A stretch of 63,795 nucleotides of DNA, filler included, from Octopus bimaculoides (taxonomy: Eukaryota): NCBI RefSeq assembly GCF_001194135.2. It is 7 parts of 6 records of this genome, joined end to end, with 100 filler letters (N's around TTAATTAATTAA, not from the genome) between each part and the next. Parts side by side here need not be neighbours in the genome. Positions count along the whole stretch, not along the records: positions 1 to 19,150 come from NC_068983.1; 6 more parts are not named here. The stretch is one strand, 5' to 3'. The translations under genes were made by a program, and so were the position numbers. This document shows positions 1 to 11,643 of the stretch, piece by piece. The first letter of the stretch is position 1, and each line of letters opens with the position of its first letter. The notes under the pieces are model-generated. The model ran no database searches, was not told the DNA's origin, and was given only the letters and a program-made list of their open reading frames with translations.

Positions 1-143
<143 letters not shown>

Positions 144-892
144 TTAGCGCACGTTTATATAACATTAGAGGAACATGTTACCGTTTCTGTTTAACATCCC
201 CCCCATTATTCATCATTATTGCTTATTGAAATTAAATCAGTGGTATGGAAATGGATAATGAATTAGAGGAATGTTTAGATTGACTTCATGAAACCCAATA
301 TCTATAGTAAAGACAGCAATTCGATATTATAAGGTCGAAAATTACATCTCATTTTCATCTATTATGGTTTAATAGATGGATTTCTGACCAATAACCGGAA
401 AACTACAGTTACTGCTGCTTTTAAATGGCGTCGAGTATAGTGAATCCCTTTTGTTTTGTATTTTGTATTGTTCACCTTAATGCTTTTTGCTGCAAAACCT
501 GTCTGTCTGTTATTAGATATGGAAAGTTAATTGCACACTTCAAAGACGGGAACTGAAATGGTTGATATCAATGACAAGCTTTTATATAAAAATAATCCTA
601 ATTAATGAAGTTAGGGATAGTATTTAATACAAATATGTGACATTCATGCCTTTATGAATGTGGAAAATCTATTCAAAAAATTATTATTTTAAAGTGAATT
701 CAAATTATTCATACACGCTTTTGCATTTTGGTTCTTATACTTGTTCAGATGTTAGGGACTGTGAATTTATTCACATCTTCCCATAATGTTTCACTTATCC
801 AAGAAAATTTACGATGTGTTTAAAACGATTAAGTGTTTATTTTGTCTTCTAACCCTTATTGATATGATTCTTTTTTTCTTTTCTTGTTTTAG

Positions 893-930
893 ACTTTTCT
901 GCTCGTATTAAAATAAAATGATACAGTTAA
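893..930 (+). other. Candidate small exon (UTR plus possible ATG at 918)
   Basis: Long polypyrimidine tract + AG at 891-892 and GTAAGT donor at 931; ATG ATA CAG TTA A. No homology recognised. Confidence 0.3.
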
Positions 931-954
931 GTAAGTTTCTATTAATACTAAATG

Positions 955-1252
955 GCCTTCATGTGGCTATATAATAAGTTTGCTTCCAAACCACATTGTT
1001 ACGGGTTCAGTCACATTGTGTGGCACCTTGTGCAAGTGTGTGTGTGTGTGTGTGTTTGCTTGTCACCCACCACCACTTGACAACTAGTATTGATGTGTTT
1101 TGAGATCCGGCAAAAGAGATCGATAGAATAAGTATCAGCTTTTAAAAGAACGTAATTACTGGGATCGATTCTTTCGACTAAAATTTTTCAAGGCGAGGCT
1201 CCAGCATAGCTGCATTCTAATAACTTAAAACAGGTAGAAAACAGAAAATAAG
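955..1252 (+). mobile_element. tRNA-headed CORE-like SINE (family A), decayed
   Basis: Head GGGTTCAGTC..GGCACCTTGTGCAAGTG, internal (TG)n, tail GATAGAATAAGTA..CCAGCAT; same family recurs more than 10 times in the window. Confidence 0.85.
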
Positions 1253-1377
1253 ATATACATAGTTTTTTAAAGTCCTCGCTATCATTATTTTGTTAACACA
1301 AAATGTTCACTAACTTCGCGCTTAATATTCCGAACAAGTTCTTATAACTATATTTTCCTTCGAAATTATTCGTATAG

Positions 1378-1444
1378 ATGACTATGACACCAAACTTTTG
1401 GGGGGAACACTTTTCGCTTTTCATTCTGTTCACACAGAAGACAG
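1378..1444 (+). other. Candidate 67-nt exon
   Basis: AG at 1376-1377, CAG|GTAAGT donor at 1445; stays open if spliced to 893-930 (MIQL-NDYDTKLLGGTLFAFHSVHTED). No homology recognised. Confidence 0.25.
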
Positions 1445-1892
1445 GTAAGTTATCTTTCTGAGCTTTTAGAACTTTTAATGCCAGGTTTAATGTCGGTTAA
1501 CTTTGAGATGTACATTTTCATTGCAACATCACTTATTCTTAGCCATGCGTGCAACTTTTTTCATGCATGTCTCTAAATAGATCCAAGCTAATCCTTAGAT
1601 GCCGGTTTGAATACCTCTTGCTTTCCTGTCAGTGGACATCAATATAATATCAAACCTAGGGAGCTGGCGTTTATGAATATTGACCATAATTGCAAAACCA
1701 TGAGCGCTTGACTGAAAGTTTCCCAACTGATTTGCATCCGGAATAACAACAGATCTAACCAGAAATTAAGATGCTTAATAGATAGGGCAGACCTAGTTAA
1801 TCTCGGTTTTATTTTAGGTAGTCTTTTCACGATGAAATAAAATGATGCTGAAATATTGTCAGATAAGTACGGTCCTACTAAACGGTCATCAA

Positions 1893-1995
1893 GTGGCTTT
1901 GTGGTAAGACGTTTGCTTCCCAACCACATGGTTTCGGGTTCAGTTCCACTGTCTAGCAGCTTGGGTAAGTGTCTTCTACTAGAGCCTCAGGCTAT
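1893..1995 (+). mobile_element. SINE family A head fragment
   Basis: GTGGTAAGACGTTTGCTTCCCAACCACATGGTTTCGGGTTCAGTTCCACTG..GTGTCTTCTACTAGAGCCTC. Confidence 0.85.
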
Positions 1996-3534
1996 AATAA
2001 AATAGATGTTAACCATTAAGGTAATCGTGTAACAGAGGCGACTGAGCGTTATAATAACTAATCTGATCATCCTTGCATTAAGTTTATTATTGTTAACCTT
2101 GGGATAAGCGAAGCACACATTCTAGCAACAATAATATTTCGATATGGATTAATATTCAGTTTGATTGGAAAATGGTTTCATCTTTTTGTGATGATGTAAA
2201 AATTATAGGATAGTTTGGGCTGAATTCTAGTAACATAGGTTTCTAATGATATCCAATGTTGATGTGTACAGCTCTGTATTATTAAGTTTTACTGAAGGCT
2301 AAATTATATTTTGTCATTTGAATCAATTATGTATTAATTTCATATGGAAGGCGGTGTTTCTTTCTAATAAAATCTTGCAGCAGATTTTATAAGATTCATA
2401 ACTTAATTGGTATCCAGGTGTTTTCTTGAAAGTCCTCTTAACCCTGCTCAAATTTAATAATCCAGAGAATCCTGTTTGCAGCAACATTAATTCTTAAATA
2501 TGACAAATCAAACCAATATATGAGAAAAGTAAACTTGACTTGTAATCTGCTGCTCATATGTAAATTATAAGTATTGTAATATTTACATAACGAATTACTA
2601 GATATAGTTTCGAATGCAAAATAAGGAACTATTAGTATTTTATCCTTGTATTTTGTCTACGTCTACTGTTTAGAAAAGAAAATTGCTCTAAGATTCACAA
2701 ACTCTTTTGAGTCTAAATGTCCTCGAGAAATCTTTCACTCGGAAAACGTATGTTGCATTTATGTTCCATTTACTGTAAATAAATGTATTAACGTCTGTGT
2801 CTATTCTTTAGTATGTTTATGCCAACGTGGGTAAATGATTTTTTTATAAAAGGAGATATATAGTGTTGCATCATTATTTTATTTCACTACTGGAAAGCTG
2901 ATATCACAGACAGAAAAAAAAACCATCTAGTATTTACAATTAATGACTCTGAATTCAGATAATTATTTGTTGATAAAAGAAATATAGTTGCAGCCAAGTT
3001 TCCCCAGAGTCAAACGCAAAACGATTGTATTCCAAATAGTTTGATACAGACAATTTGAATCTATCAGACTCAAATTGACAATATTTTATTGTCCCTTTTA
3101 AATTGTGAAAAGGAAAGTGATATTACGAAAACTAATTATGAGTTTAATGCAACAATTGGTATTATACGTAGGAAATAAATATCGATTTAAATTTGATCGG
3201 TTTTCAGAAATATTTAAATAAGTTTGTTTAATTTTAGCTTTATTCTTTGCATAGCAGATGTGTGTGGGTGGATTTTTCTAACAAAATGAATGAAAATCTA
3301 TCTATAATTCGTATTCTTTTTTACTATCTTGTGTTCATATAGGCACTGTTATGGCTGCTTAGTAAAAAAAAAAAAAAAAAAAAAAAAGAAAAAAAGGCCT
3401 TCCAACCGCGGTGTTCTGTCTTCTCGTCCACTGCGTGACAATTTCGGCAAGTAGCTTTTGTCATTGCTTGGGTTTAACAATTAGAATGTTGACGAAATTT
3501 GTAGGTAGAAATTGCGAGGATAGTTGCCAGTCAG

Positions 3535-3582
3535 TCAGACAGACATACATACAGACAGGCATACAGACAGACAGACATACAT

Positions 3583-3613
<31 letters not shown>

Positions 3614-3628
3614 TACAGACAGACTGAC

Positions 3629-3688
<60 letters not shown>
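3535..3688. repeat. (GACA)n/(GATA)n microsatellite
   Basis: Directly visible; follows a decayed family A SINE at about 3345-3532. Confidence 0.95.
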
Positions 3689-3691
<3 letters not shown>

Positions 3692-3749
3692 CATGTATCA
3701 CAGTACCAAACAGACTATCGAATGTTATACACTGTTGGTCACGATACGC

Positions 3750-4350
3750 TTCTTTTTCTTATAGCTTTCGAATGAAAAACAGTCCGCTTGGGGTAATACA
3801 GGATAGGGTACACTCCACACACAATGGCCGGGATTACACTTACGTTTCTAGAGCAGCCCTCATCCAGTTTCTTTCCTCCTACTTCGTAAAGCCATCTAAG
3901 GATAGTCCCATTCAGACTCACTGATCTTGCCACTCTCGTTCACCTTTCGAGATACATACTGTAAGAAAACATCTCCTTCTCTACTTCTCAACTTATTCTT
4001 CAAATAATACTGAAAGAATTTTTGAGTGCGTAACCAGACAGGAAGTACCTGTCTCCGAACCTTTCAGACAGGTCCACCGCACAACTTCTTTCACCACAGC
4101 CACTAAGCAGACAAAGATTTGCCTCATTTCCCTAGCAAAGGACAGATGGCGCATCGATCATCACTATAGATTCGGTGGACAGCCAGATTCGTCGTACGCA
4201 AAACAACAGCTTTTCGACACAAACCAACTAGAGGCCAATGTACAGACATTAAATGTCGAGTACATGATGGTTTTGTCCACCTGCATGCATCTCCGACGGG
4301 TTGTTTGTGCTTCCATGCATGAAGAGTTTATCACAAACAGATAATACACG
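3750..4350 (-). mobile_element. Decayed 3' end of an L1/Tx1-like LINE ORF2
   Basis: Frameshifted minus-strand translation gives VCDKLFMHGST.., LVCVEKLL..LSTESIV, FVCLVAVVKEVVRWT and VARSVSLNGTILRW, resembling Tx1-type ORF2 C-termini from memory. Confidence 0.5.
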
Positions 4351-4371
4351 CTTTTACACTACCATAGTGAA

Positions 4372-4690
4372 GGCGTATGGCTCAGTAGTTAGGGCGTCGG
4401 GCTCACAATTATGAGGTAGTGAGTTCGATTCCCGGACCGGGAAGACACTTTATTTCACGTTGCTATAGTTCACTCAGCTGTGGAAATGAGCTGTGACGTC
4501 ACTTGCACGAAGCTGGATCGGCCTTTGCTTCTCCCTTGGATAATATTGGTAGCGCGGAGAAGGGAGGCTGGTAGGCATGGGCGACTGCTGGTCTTCCATA
4601 AACAACCTTGCCCAGACTTGTGCCTCGAAGGGGAACTTTCTAGGTGCAATCCCATGGTCATTCATGACCGAAGGGAGTTTTACCCTTTTT
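4372..4690 (+). mobile_element. tRNA-headed SINE (family C)
   Basis: A box TGGCTCAGTAGTTAGG, B box GAGTTCGATTCC, tail GGTCATTCATGACCGAAGGG; homologous to 57205-57547 and 59700-59922. Confidence 0.88.
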
Positions 4691-4753
4691 TTTACACTAT
4701 CATACAACAGGCCCTTTACAGTTGCTCATGGTCATCCATACCCAGGGTTATTC

Positions 4754-4791
<38 letters not shown>

Positions 4792-5214
4792 GTCGTATAG
4801 CCAACTGGAAACGACGTTTCCTGGGATTAAACAACTAACATTCGTCCCATTCAGGACTGCCACATTACGTTGGAAAATAGTCTCTATTTAAAGTGTTGTT
4901 CCTGAATATCTCTCTTTGAGAGATTTAGAAATAATAATGTACCTATTTATTTGATCAGTCGCCGTGTGTCACTTTGAAAATTATATATTTTTCAGATGAA
5001 GTTCAGCAGCGCCATCTAGACAAGCAGGTACTCTGGCAATAACCCAGAAACCGGTCCACAGATGTTGCTTTGTGCTGCATGAAGGTTCTCAGCTCCCTGT
5101 TAGAAATGTTTCCTGGGGTTAAACAACAGTAACATTCGTCCCATCCAAGACTGCCACGTTACTGAATATCTCTCTTTGAGAGATTTAGAAACAATAATGT
5201 TTCTATTTATATAA

Positions 5215-5848
5215 ATATTCTTTTTTTCTTTTATTCTTTTACTTGTTTCAGTCATTTGACTGCGGCTATGTTGAAGCACCATCTTTAGTTGAACAATTCG
5301 ACCCCAGGACATTTTCTTTGTAATCCTAATGCTTGTATTGGTCGTTTTGCCGAAACGCTAAGTTACGGGGACGTAAACACACCAACATCGGCTGTCGAGT
5401 GATGGTAGGAAGGGGACAAACACAGTCACAAATATATAGTTGGAATTTACAAAATCAAATAAACAAAACAAATGACGAAGGCTGCTGTATAAGCAACAAA
5501 CATATATTAACTTAACGCTCGGGAAGTGAGAAAGTATTTTATGCTTCGAGCCTACGCTCTTCAACAGAAAGGAACACAGAAATAAACAGAGAGAGACAAT
5601 AAAAAAAGGTTTAGTAGCTAGCGATCAATCCTGGCGAATGCCGGACAGAGGTGGTCAGACTAGAGAGCTAGGAAGAAGGGGAGATAATACGAAGGGGGTC
5701 TTTCAGCTTCCGTCTACCAAATCCACTCACAAGGTTTTGGTCGGCCCGAGGCTATGCTAAAAGTCACTTGCCCAAAGTGCCATGCAGTGAGACTGAACCC
5801 GGAGCCATGTAGTTGCGAAGGAAGCCTCTTACTACAAGTCACGCCTGC
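5215..5848 (-). mobile_element. SINE family A, split by an insertion at 5439-5686
   Basis: Tail part 5215-5438 and head part 5687-5848 match family A in reverse; the break is at its internal (TA)n. Confidence 0.85.
5439..5686 (-). mobile_element. Short Penelope-type element end with a decayed hammerhead-like motif
   Basis: Minus strand 5536-5570 reads UUU CUGUUGA A GAGC-GUAG-GCUC GAAG C AUA AAA; inserted at the (TA)n of a SINE. Confidence 0.55.
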
Positions 5849-5860
5849 AAATATATATAT

Positions 5861-6230
5861 ATAAAATTTGAAGATAAGCAACAAAAATTCAATAGGTTAT
5901 AGCAGTACGTACGTTTCGTACAAGCTCCATTTATTCATGTAGTGAGAACACCACAGAATGTACAATGAAAATGTACTCCTCAGCTCCTCTAAAATGAAAT
6001 TCCATTATGCAGCTGAGGAGTACATTTTCATTGTACATTCTGTGGTGTTCTCACTACATGAATAAATGGAGCTTGTACGAAACGTACGTACTGCTATAAC
6101 CTATTGAATGTTTGTTGCTTACCTTCAAATTTTATTCACCAAATCTCTTGATTTTGTTTTTGGTTTTTATCCTACCAAATTCTGGTGACTCAAACATTTT
6201 AAGTACCACATTTAATCTTTTGATTAAATC
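5861..6230 (+). mobile_element. Non-coding Penelope-type element with an inverted terminal copy, flanked by (TA)n
   Basis: 125-bp inverted arms 5861-5985 / 6011-6135 (2 mismatches by eye), 25-nt spacer, hammerhead inside, (TA)n at 5850-5862 and 6231-6249. Confidence 0.7.
6005..6099 (+). ncRNA. Type I hammerhead ribozyme, canonical core, extended stem II
   Basis: Stem I UUAUGCAG(6005-6012)/CUGC-U-AUAA(6091-6099); CUGAGGA 6013-6019; stem II GUACA(6020-6024)/UGUAC(6074-6078); GAAA 6079-6082; palindromic stem III ACGUACGU; GUA triplet 6088-6090. Confidence 0.85.
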
Positions 6231-6270
6231 TATATATATATATATATATTATTTAATGACGGTTTGACTC

Positions 6271-6312
6271 GGCTCCATACAACTTAAGTTTCGTAGACTC
6301 GTCAAACGAGCC
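6271..6312 (-). ncRNA. Minimal hammerhead-like motif (C3U), probably decayed
   Basis: GGCUCGU UUGACGA GU-CU-AC GAAA CUUAAG UU GUAUGGAGCC; palindromic stem III, imperfect stem I. Confidence 0.5.
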
Positions 6313-6524
6313 TAGCTCGTAAAGTTTGTAGAGATTGAACGAGAGAAGTCCAAAATAGCTTCTAGGTGCTGGGCCACTATTTGTCAATGTAGATTACATG
6401 CTGGTACTGATAAAGTAGCGACATCAATTCTTTATGGGAAAACGTCCCCTCCCTCTCCTGCTTTACCTGGTGACATCGAGGCCATCGAGGCCATCGGAAC
6501 AACTCCACAAACATTGGAGCATTA

Positions 6525-7200
6525 TCGGCACACACATGTATATACATTCATACCAGATTCACTCACACAGGACACACACACATACACACTAGATACACAC
6601 ACATACAGTAGTAGTAGTAGTAGTACACATACCAGATACACACGCACACACACCAGACACGCATACACACACATACACCAGATACGCACACACACATACA
6701 TACACCAGATACGCAAATACACACATACAAGTGCGCGGGCTAGGTACACATACACACATGCTAGATCTGGTTATCATTACGGATAAGCTGTTACATGTGC
6801 GTGACATCGACTCCAATATACCCACAGACCAACACACGCACACACCAAATTCACATACACACACCATCACACACGCATGCACACATATATATACACTATC
6901 ACACACTCTCACACAAGCACTAGACAAATACACATTCACACCCATACTGATGCACGCCAAGTATGCATACGCCCAAACAACAGTGGCATATGCATAAACA
7001 CACACCACACACATAGAAACATGCACCATATATACAAGCATATTCCGTCAATCTGCATGCAGTATCCGCAAAGAACACTGAACGAGCATAAACCAGATTC
7101 ACGCGGCCATGCACCAGACACATGCACACATACACATACACATGCGCGCGCACACACGCACACACACACACGCACACACACACACACACACACACATATA
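6525..7200. repeat. CA-rich low-complexity region with a short minisatellite (ACACCAGATACGCACAC-like units)
   Basis: Directly visible degenerate tandem units. Confidence 0.85.
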
Positions 7201-7860
7201 TGCTCTCTATGATATAGTTTACAAATTGCCTGTTGATTATGAAATAACATGTTATCTAGAATATTTTATATTTCTTCTGATCGCAATTGTGTGCTTTACT
7301 CGCACAATATACCTATTTACAATTAAGAAACCTAAGCTACCGTGTGATAGGATAGAGTTCGTAATTATTTCGGTCGGTATACTGGCATCCTGACAAATCA
7401 GATATTCGTGATCCTCTTCGTGGAAACCTCACTATACAGCAATATCTGCATGAATAGATATCGATTTTCAAGGGAGAATATATAGTTGATTTAATTGATC
7501 CGCACCCATGATTGGCACTTGTTCCATAGGTAGCCATTAGCGATTTCAATGTTAAAGTTGATTCTAACAAATATGAAATTAAAAATTCACTGGGACGAAA
7601 CAAAATATAGAAAAGAATTTCGACTGATACTGTTGTGCTTGTGGTGACCAATCAGACACAACAGTGATATAAGGGGAAGTTGTGTCAGGGGAATACTTAT
7701 CTTCCCTTTAAACCTAAAACAAGTAAACGAGATGGTTCTCGGACTCGCATTAGAGTGATCCTTTACTCTATGATGCCGACCGAGAATTTCGTATGCAAAT
7801 TAATTTTGTTTCCATTATGTAGTTTAAGAAATCATAGCAAACATTTATATTAGAATCCAT

Positions 7861-8232
7861 TGTTGTTGTTGGCACTCCGTCGCTTACGACGTCGAGGCTT
7901 CCAGTTGATCCGATCAACGGAACAGCCTGCTCGTGAAATTAACGTGCAAGTGGCTGAGCACTCCACAGACATGTGTACCATTAACGTAGTTCTCGGGGAT
8001 ATCCAGCGTGACACAGTGTGACAAGGCTGAACCTTTGAATTACAGGCACAACAGAAAGTAAGAGTGAGAGAAAGTTGTGGTGAAAGAGTACAGCAGGGTT
8101 CGCCACCATCCCCTGCCGGAGCCTCGTGGAGCTTTAGCTCAATAAACAGTTACAACGCCCGGTCTGGGAATCGAAACCGCGATCTTATGACCGCGAGTCC
8201 GCTGCCCTAACCACTGGGCCATTGCACCTCCA
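7861..8232 (-). mobile_element. tRNA(Arg)-like headed SINE (family D)
   Basis: Reverse complement begins GGCCCAGTGGTTAGGGCAGCGGACTCGCGGTCATAAGATCGCGGTTTCGATTCCC (A and B boxes, TCG at the anticodon position) and ends in (CAA)n. Confidence 0.85.
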
Positions 8233-10633
8233 CTTTAGAATCCATACATATCTTTCTTAATAGCCTTTTCAAATTAATTTGAGGTAAATTAAGCTCGAGA
8301 AGAGAAAATGCATTAAAATTTTCCTAATTTAATATAATTTATTGACCGAGACTGTTTGTTTTTTTGTTTTTGTTTTTAACGGTTGACTGTTGAGCTAGTT
8401 TACTAAACACTTAAACGGTAAAACAGTTTTACGTGATTTGTTTCTAGTTCATTTAGAATTCATGAAACGACAAAAGCCAGACATCTGTTATTTTTCTTGC
8501 TATAACATTTTCAACAAAGGACTCATTTGGTTGGTTCATTTGATGCAAGATATATCGTATTTTGTTTTTATTTTCCTTGAGGTAAGAGTAAATAACAAAG
8601 AGAAAGAAATGAATGGAGACATATATGGAGAGAGAGGGGGAAAGAGAGGCAAAGAAGAGAGTGTGGCGAACAGATCGTGACAAGAGTAACACTTCAATTT
8701 CGAAATATGTTATAGAATTAAAAGCTTATTGATTCACAGCATTAATTTTACATTACTAGTTGACTAGTCTAAATACATTTTTATTATTTAATTCTGTTGA
8801 CACGTAGGACAACAGTGATTCTCTTGTTAGAAACTTAAGAAACTTCTGACACTGACTTCAGAAAATATCGCGCAGTAATTTCATTTTATTAATAGTGCAT
8901 TTAACTTGTTGTCTAAAATATGTCGGATACCACCTTCATAAAATCTCCTTGAAAACATCCCTGCAATATATTCATGTGTCTAACCACAATACATTTTTCA
9001 TAAAACTAATTGCATTTGTGAAAATATTCCCATTCATTTAGAATACAGCGACTACTAGTAATGAAGGTATCAGTTCGATCACAATATTGTTCTGTGTCTT
9101 GTTAGGGGCTTTAAGTCTTTTTAGCATAGCAGATTTTTATGGATGCAAGCATAGCTATATGGATGCGAGTTCGACCACACCTAGGCAGGATTGATCAAAA
9201 TCTCGTGAATTAAATTTGAGGGAAAAACCACTGTAAACTCGTTGAATGGTGTGCATCCGTTTTTCATTGTTACTCACGATCCATCGACCATTGTAATACC
9301 AGTACCTGGCTCGTGAGTGTGTTTCGTAGTGCAAGATTTCACACCGAATCATCTGATTATAGCTGAATAGAATATCAATAGTAACTTATGAATGGCGGTT
9401 TTATCTTCCCTTGCAAGTCTTGGAGGCGCTGTTCTAACTGTATGTTATGCCCTTTTGTTTGAGATTTCATGATTTATATTACATATTTTGTTTCATTCTT
9501 ATCGTTCCTATAACATAACTTTCAAGTGAACGATTTTTATATTGCAATTTATTCCATGATCTGTCGTTGTTGCTCGACTTTATTTTGATGTGGTGGTTCG
9601 TAATAAAGACGTCATTGAATTCAGCGGCGGAAAAAAGAAAGGAATTAGAAGACTGGTGGGACAAAGTCATCATAGTGTCTAAGGTGGCTAAGTTTGCTCA
9701 GGAAGTCTTAGTTGTTGATTTATGTATTAAAATGGTAATTAGGAGTGAGATATGGTCGAGTTAATAAGGTAGTGGACAAGAAACTGAATGATCAGCAACT
9801 CACAGAGTGAGTAAAATAAAAAAAACAATGTCCTGATACACCAAAGTAAACGCGTCTATCATAGGATAGTGTCATTCATCCTTGTAGATAATGACAAACT
9901 TATATCATTTATAGTATCTTTGTGGGCTTACGTGATTGAAATTGATTCCCTACTTGAAAATGAGTAGAAGAGCAATTAGATCGTACTGATCTTGTTTGTT
10001 TATCCGAATGTGCTTTGGCAGTAGATATCAATGTGCGTTACGAAANNNNNNNNNNNNNNNNNNNNNNNNNNNNNNNNNNNNNNNNNNNNNNNNNNNNNNN
10101 NNNNNNNNNNNNNNNNNNNNNNNNNNNNNNNNNNNNNNNNNNNNNNNNNNNNNNNNNNNNNNNNNNNNNNNNNNNNNNNNNNNNNNNNNNNNNNNNNNNN
10201 NNNNNNNNNNNNNNNNNNNNNNNNNNNNNNNNNNNNNNNNNNNNNNNNNNNNNNNNNNNNNNNNNNNNNNNNNNNNNNNNNNNNNNNNNNNNNNNNNNNN
10301 NNNNNNNNNNNNNNNNNNNNNNNNNNNNNNNNNNNNNNNNNNNNNNNNNNNNNNNNNNNNNNNNNNNNNNNNNNNNNNNNNNNNNNNNNNNNNNNNNNNN
10401 NNNNNNNNNNNNNNNNNNNNNNNNNNNNNNNNNNNNNNNNNNNNNNNNNNNNNNNNNNNNNNNNNNNNNNNNNNNNNNNNNNNNNNNNNNNNNNNNNNNN
10501 NNNNNNNNNNNNNNNNNNNNNNNNNNNNNNNNNNNNNNNNNNNNNNNNNNNNNNNNNNNNNNNNNNNNNNNNNNNNNNNNNNNNNNNNNNNNNNNNNNNN
10601 NNNNNNNNNNNNNNNNNNNNNNNNNNNNNNNNN

Positions 10634-10665
<32 letters not shown>

Positions 10666-11013
10666 GATTAATCTGAAATTTATAATTTTACATATAAGTA
10701 TTAGAAAAAATGCTTTCATCATCAGAATTATCAGGACTGGTAATTACGGTCGCCGCTCAACTTGTTGAACATAGCGGTCAAAGTTCTTATAATTGTCTCT
10801 TTAAATAAAGGGTATGCAGAACTATATAATTCCTGATGCGCAAGCGACAAGATTATAACGATTGAAATGCATTCCAACATTATTTTCCAACTATGAATGA
10901 TCTAGGACTATATGACAGAAGGTTTCGGCATGGGCGCGTGGCATGCTAGATGTGGCAACAAAATTCCCTCACATCACGCCCTACAAAAGAGAAAGACTGA
11001 AAAACGTGTTTTT

Positions 11014-11404
11014 GTGATGCAATTAAGGTAGATATAAATAGTGATGCAATTATGGTAGATATAAATAGTGTAATATGAATGTTGTATGAGATGTATGGAA
11101 ATTAGTGGTATTATTGGTAAGGATAGTAGTGTCCTGTATTATGTTGTGTGTTCATGTTGGGCTGTGGATGATATTTATTAATGAAAGTTGCCTCTTCATA
11201 TGATCTTTGCTGTACTGGGGTGTTCTGTGAACATTGATAGAAAGGGAGAATTAGGAACTTTCATTAATAAATGTCATTCACAACTCAACATAAACACACA
11301 ACATAATACAGGACACTACTAACCGTACCAAGAGTACCACTAATTTCCATACATCACATACAACATACATATTACACTATTTATATCTACCTTAATTGCA
11401 TCAC
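11014..11404. repeat. Fold-back inverted repeat with 149-bp arms
   Basis: 11041-11189 versus 11256-11404, about 12 substitutions and no indels by eye; 66-nt spacer; extra 27-bp terminal unit at 11014-11040. Confidence 0.92.
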
Positions 11405-11591
11405 TTCCAGAACTGCTTACCTCCCTTACATGTAATCATTTCACTCAGGTAGTATTAGACCCGACCGCGTTTGGAAATCGGTGTTCATTCAAAGTCAGTG
11501 AACAGCTTTTGACGATACCGATATGAATTTGAATCTCTTTAATAATTCATAATAACGACTTTTATACTATTTTTTCTACCTCAGTTCATCT

Positions 11592-11643
<52 letters not shown>

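Noticed and set aside
9310-9360. Minus-strand CAGAUGA...GAAAC
   Set aside because: Stem II does not close next to the core and there is no NUH in register.
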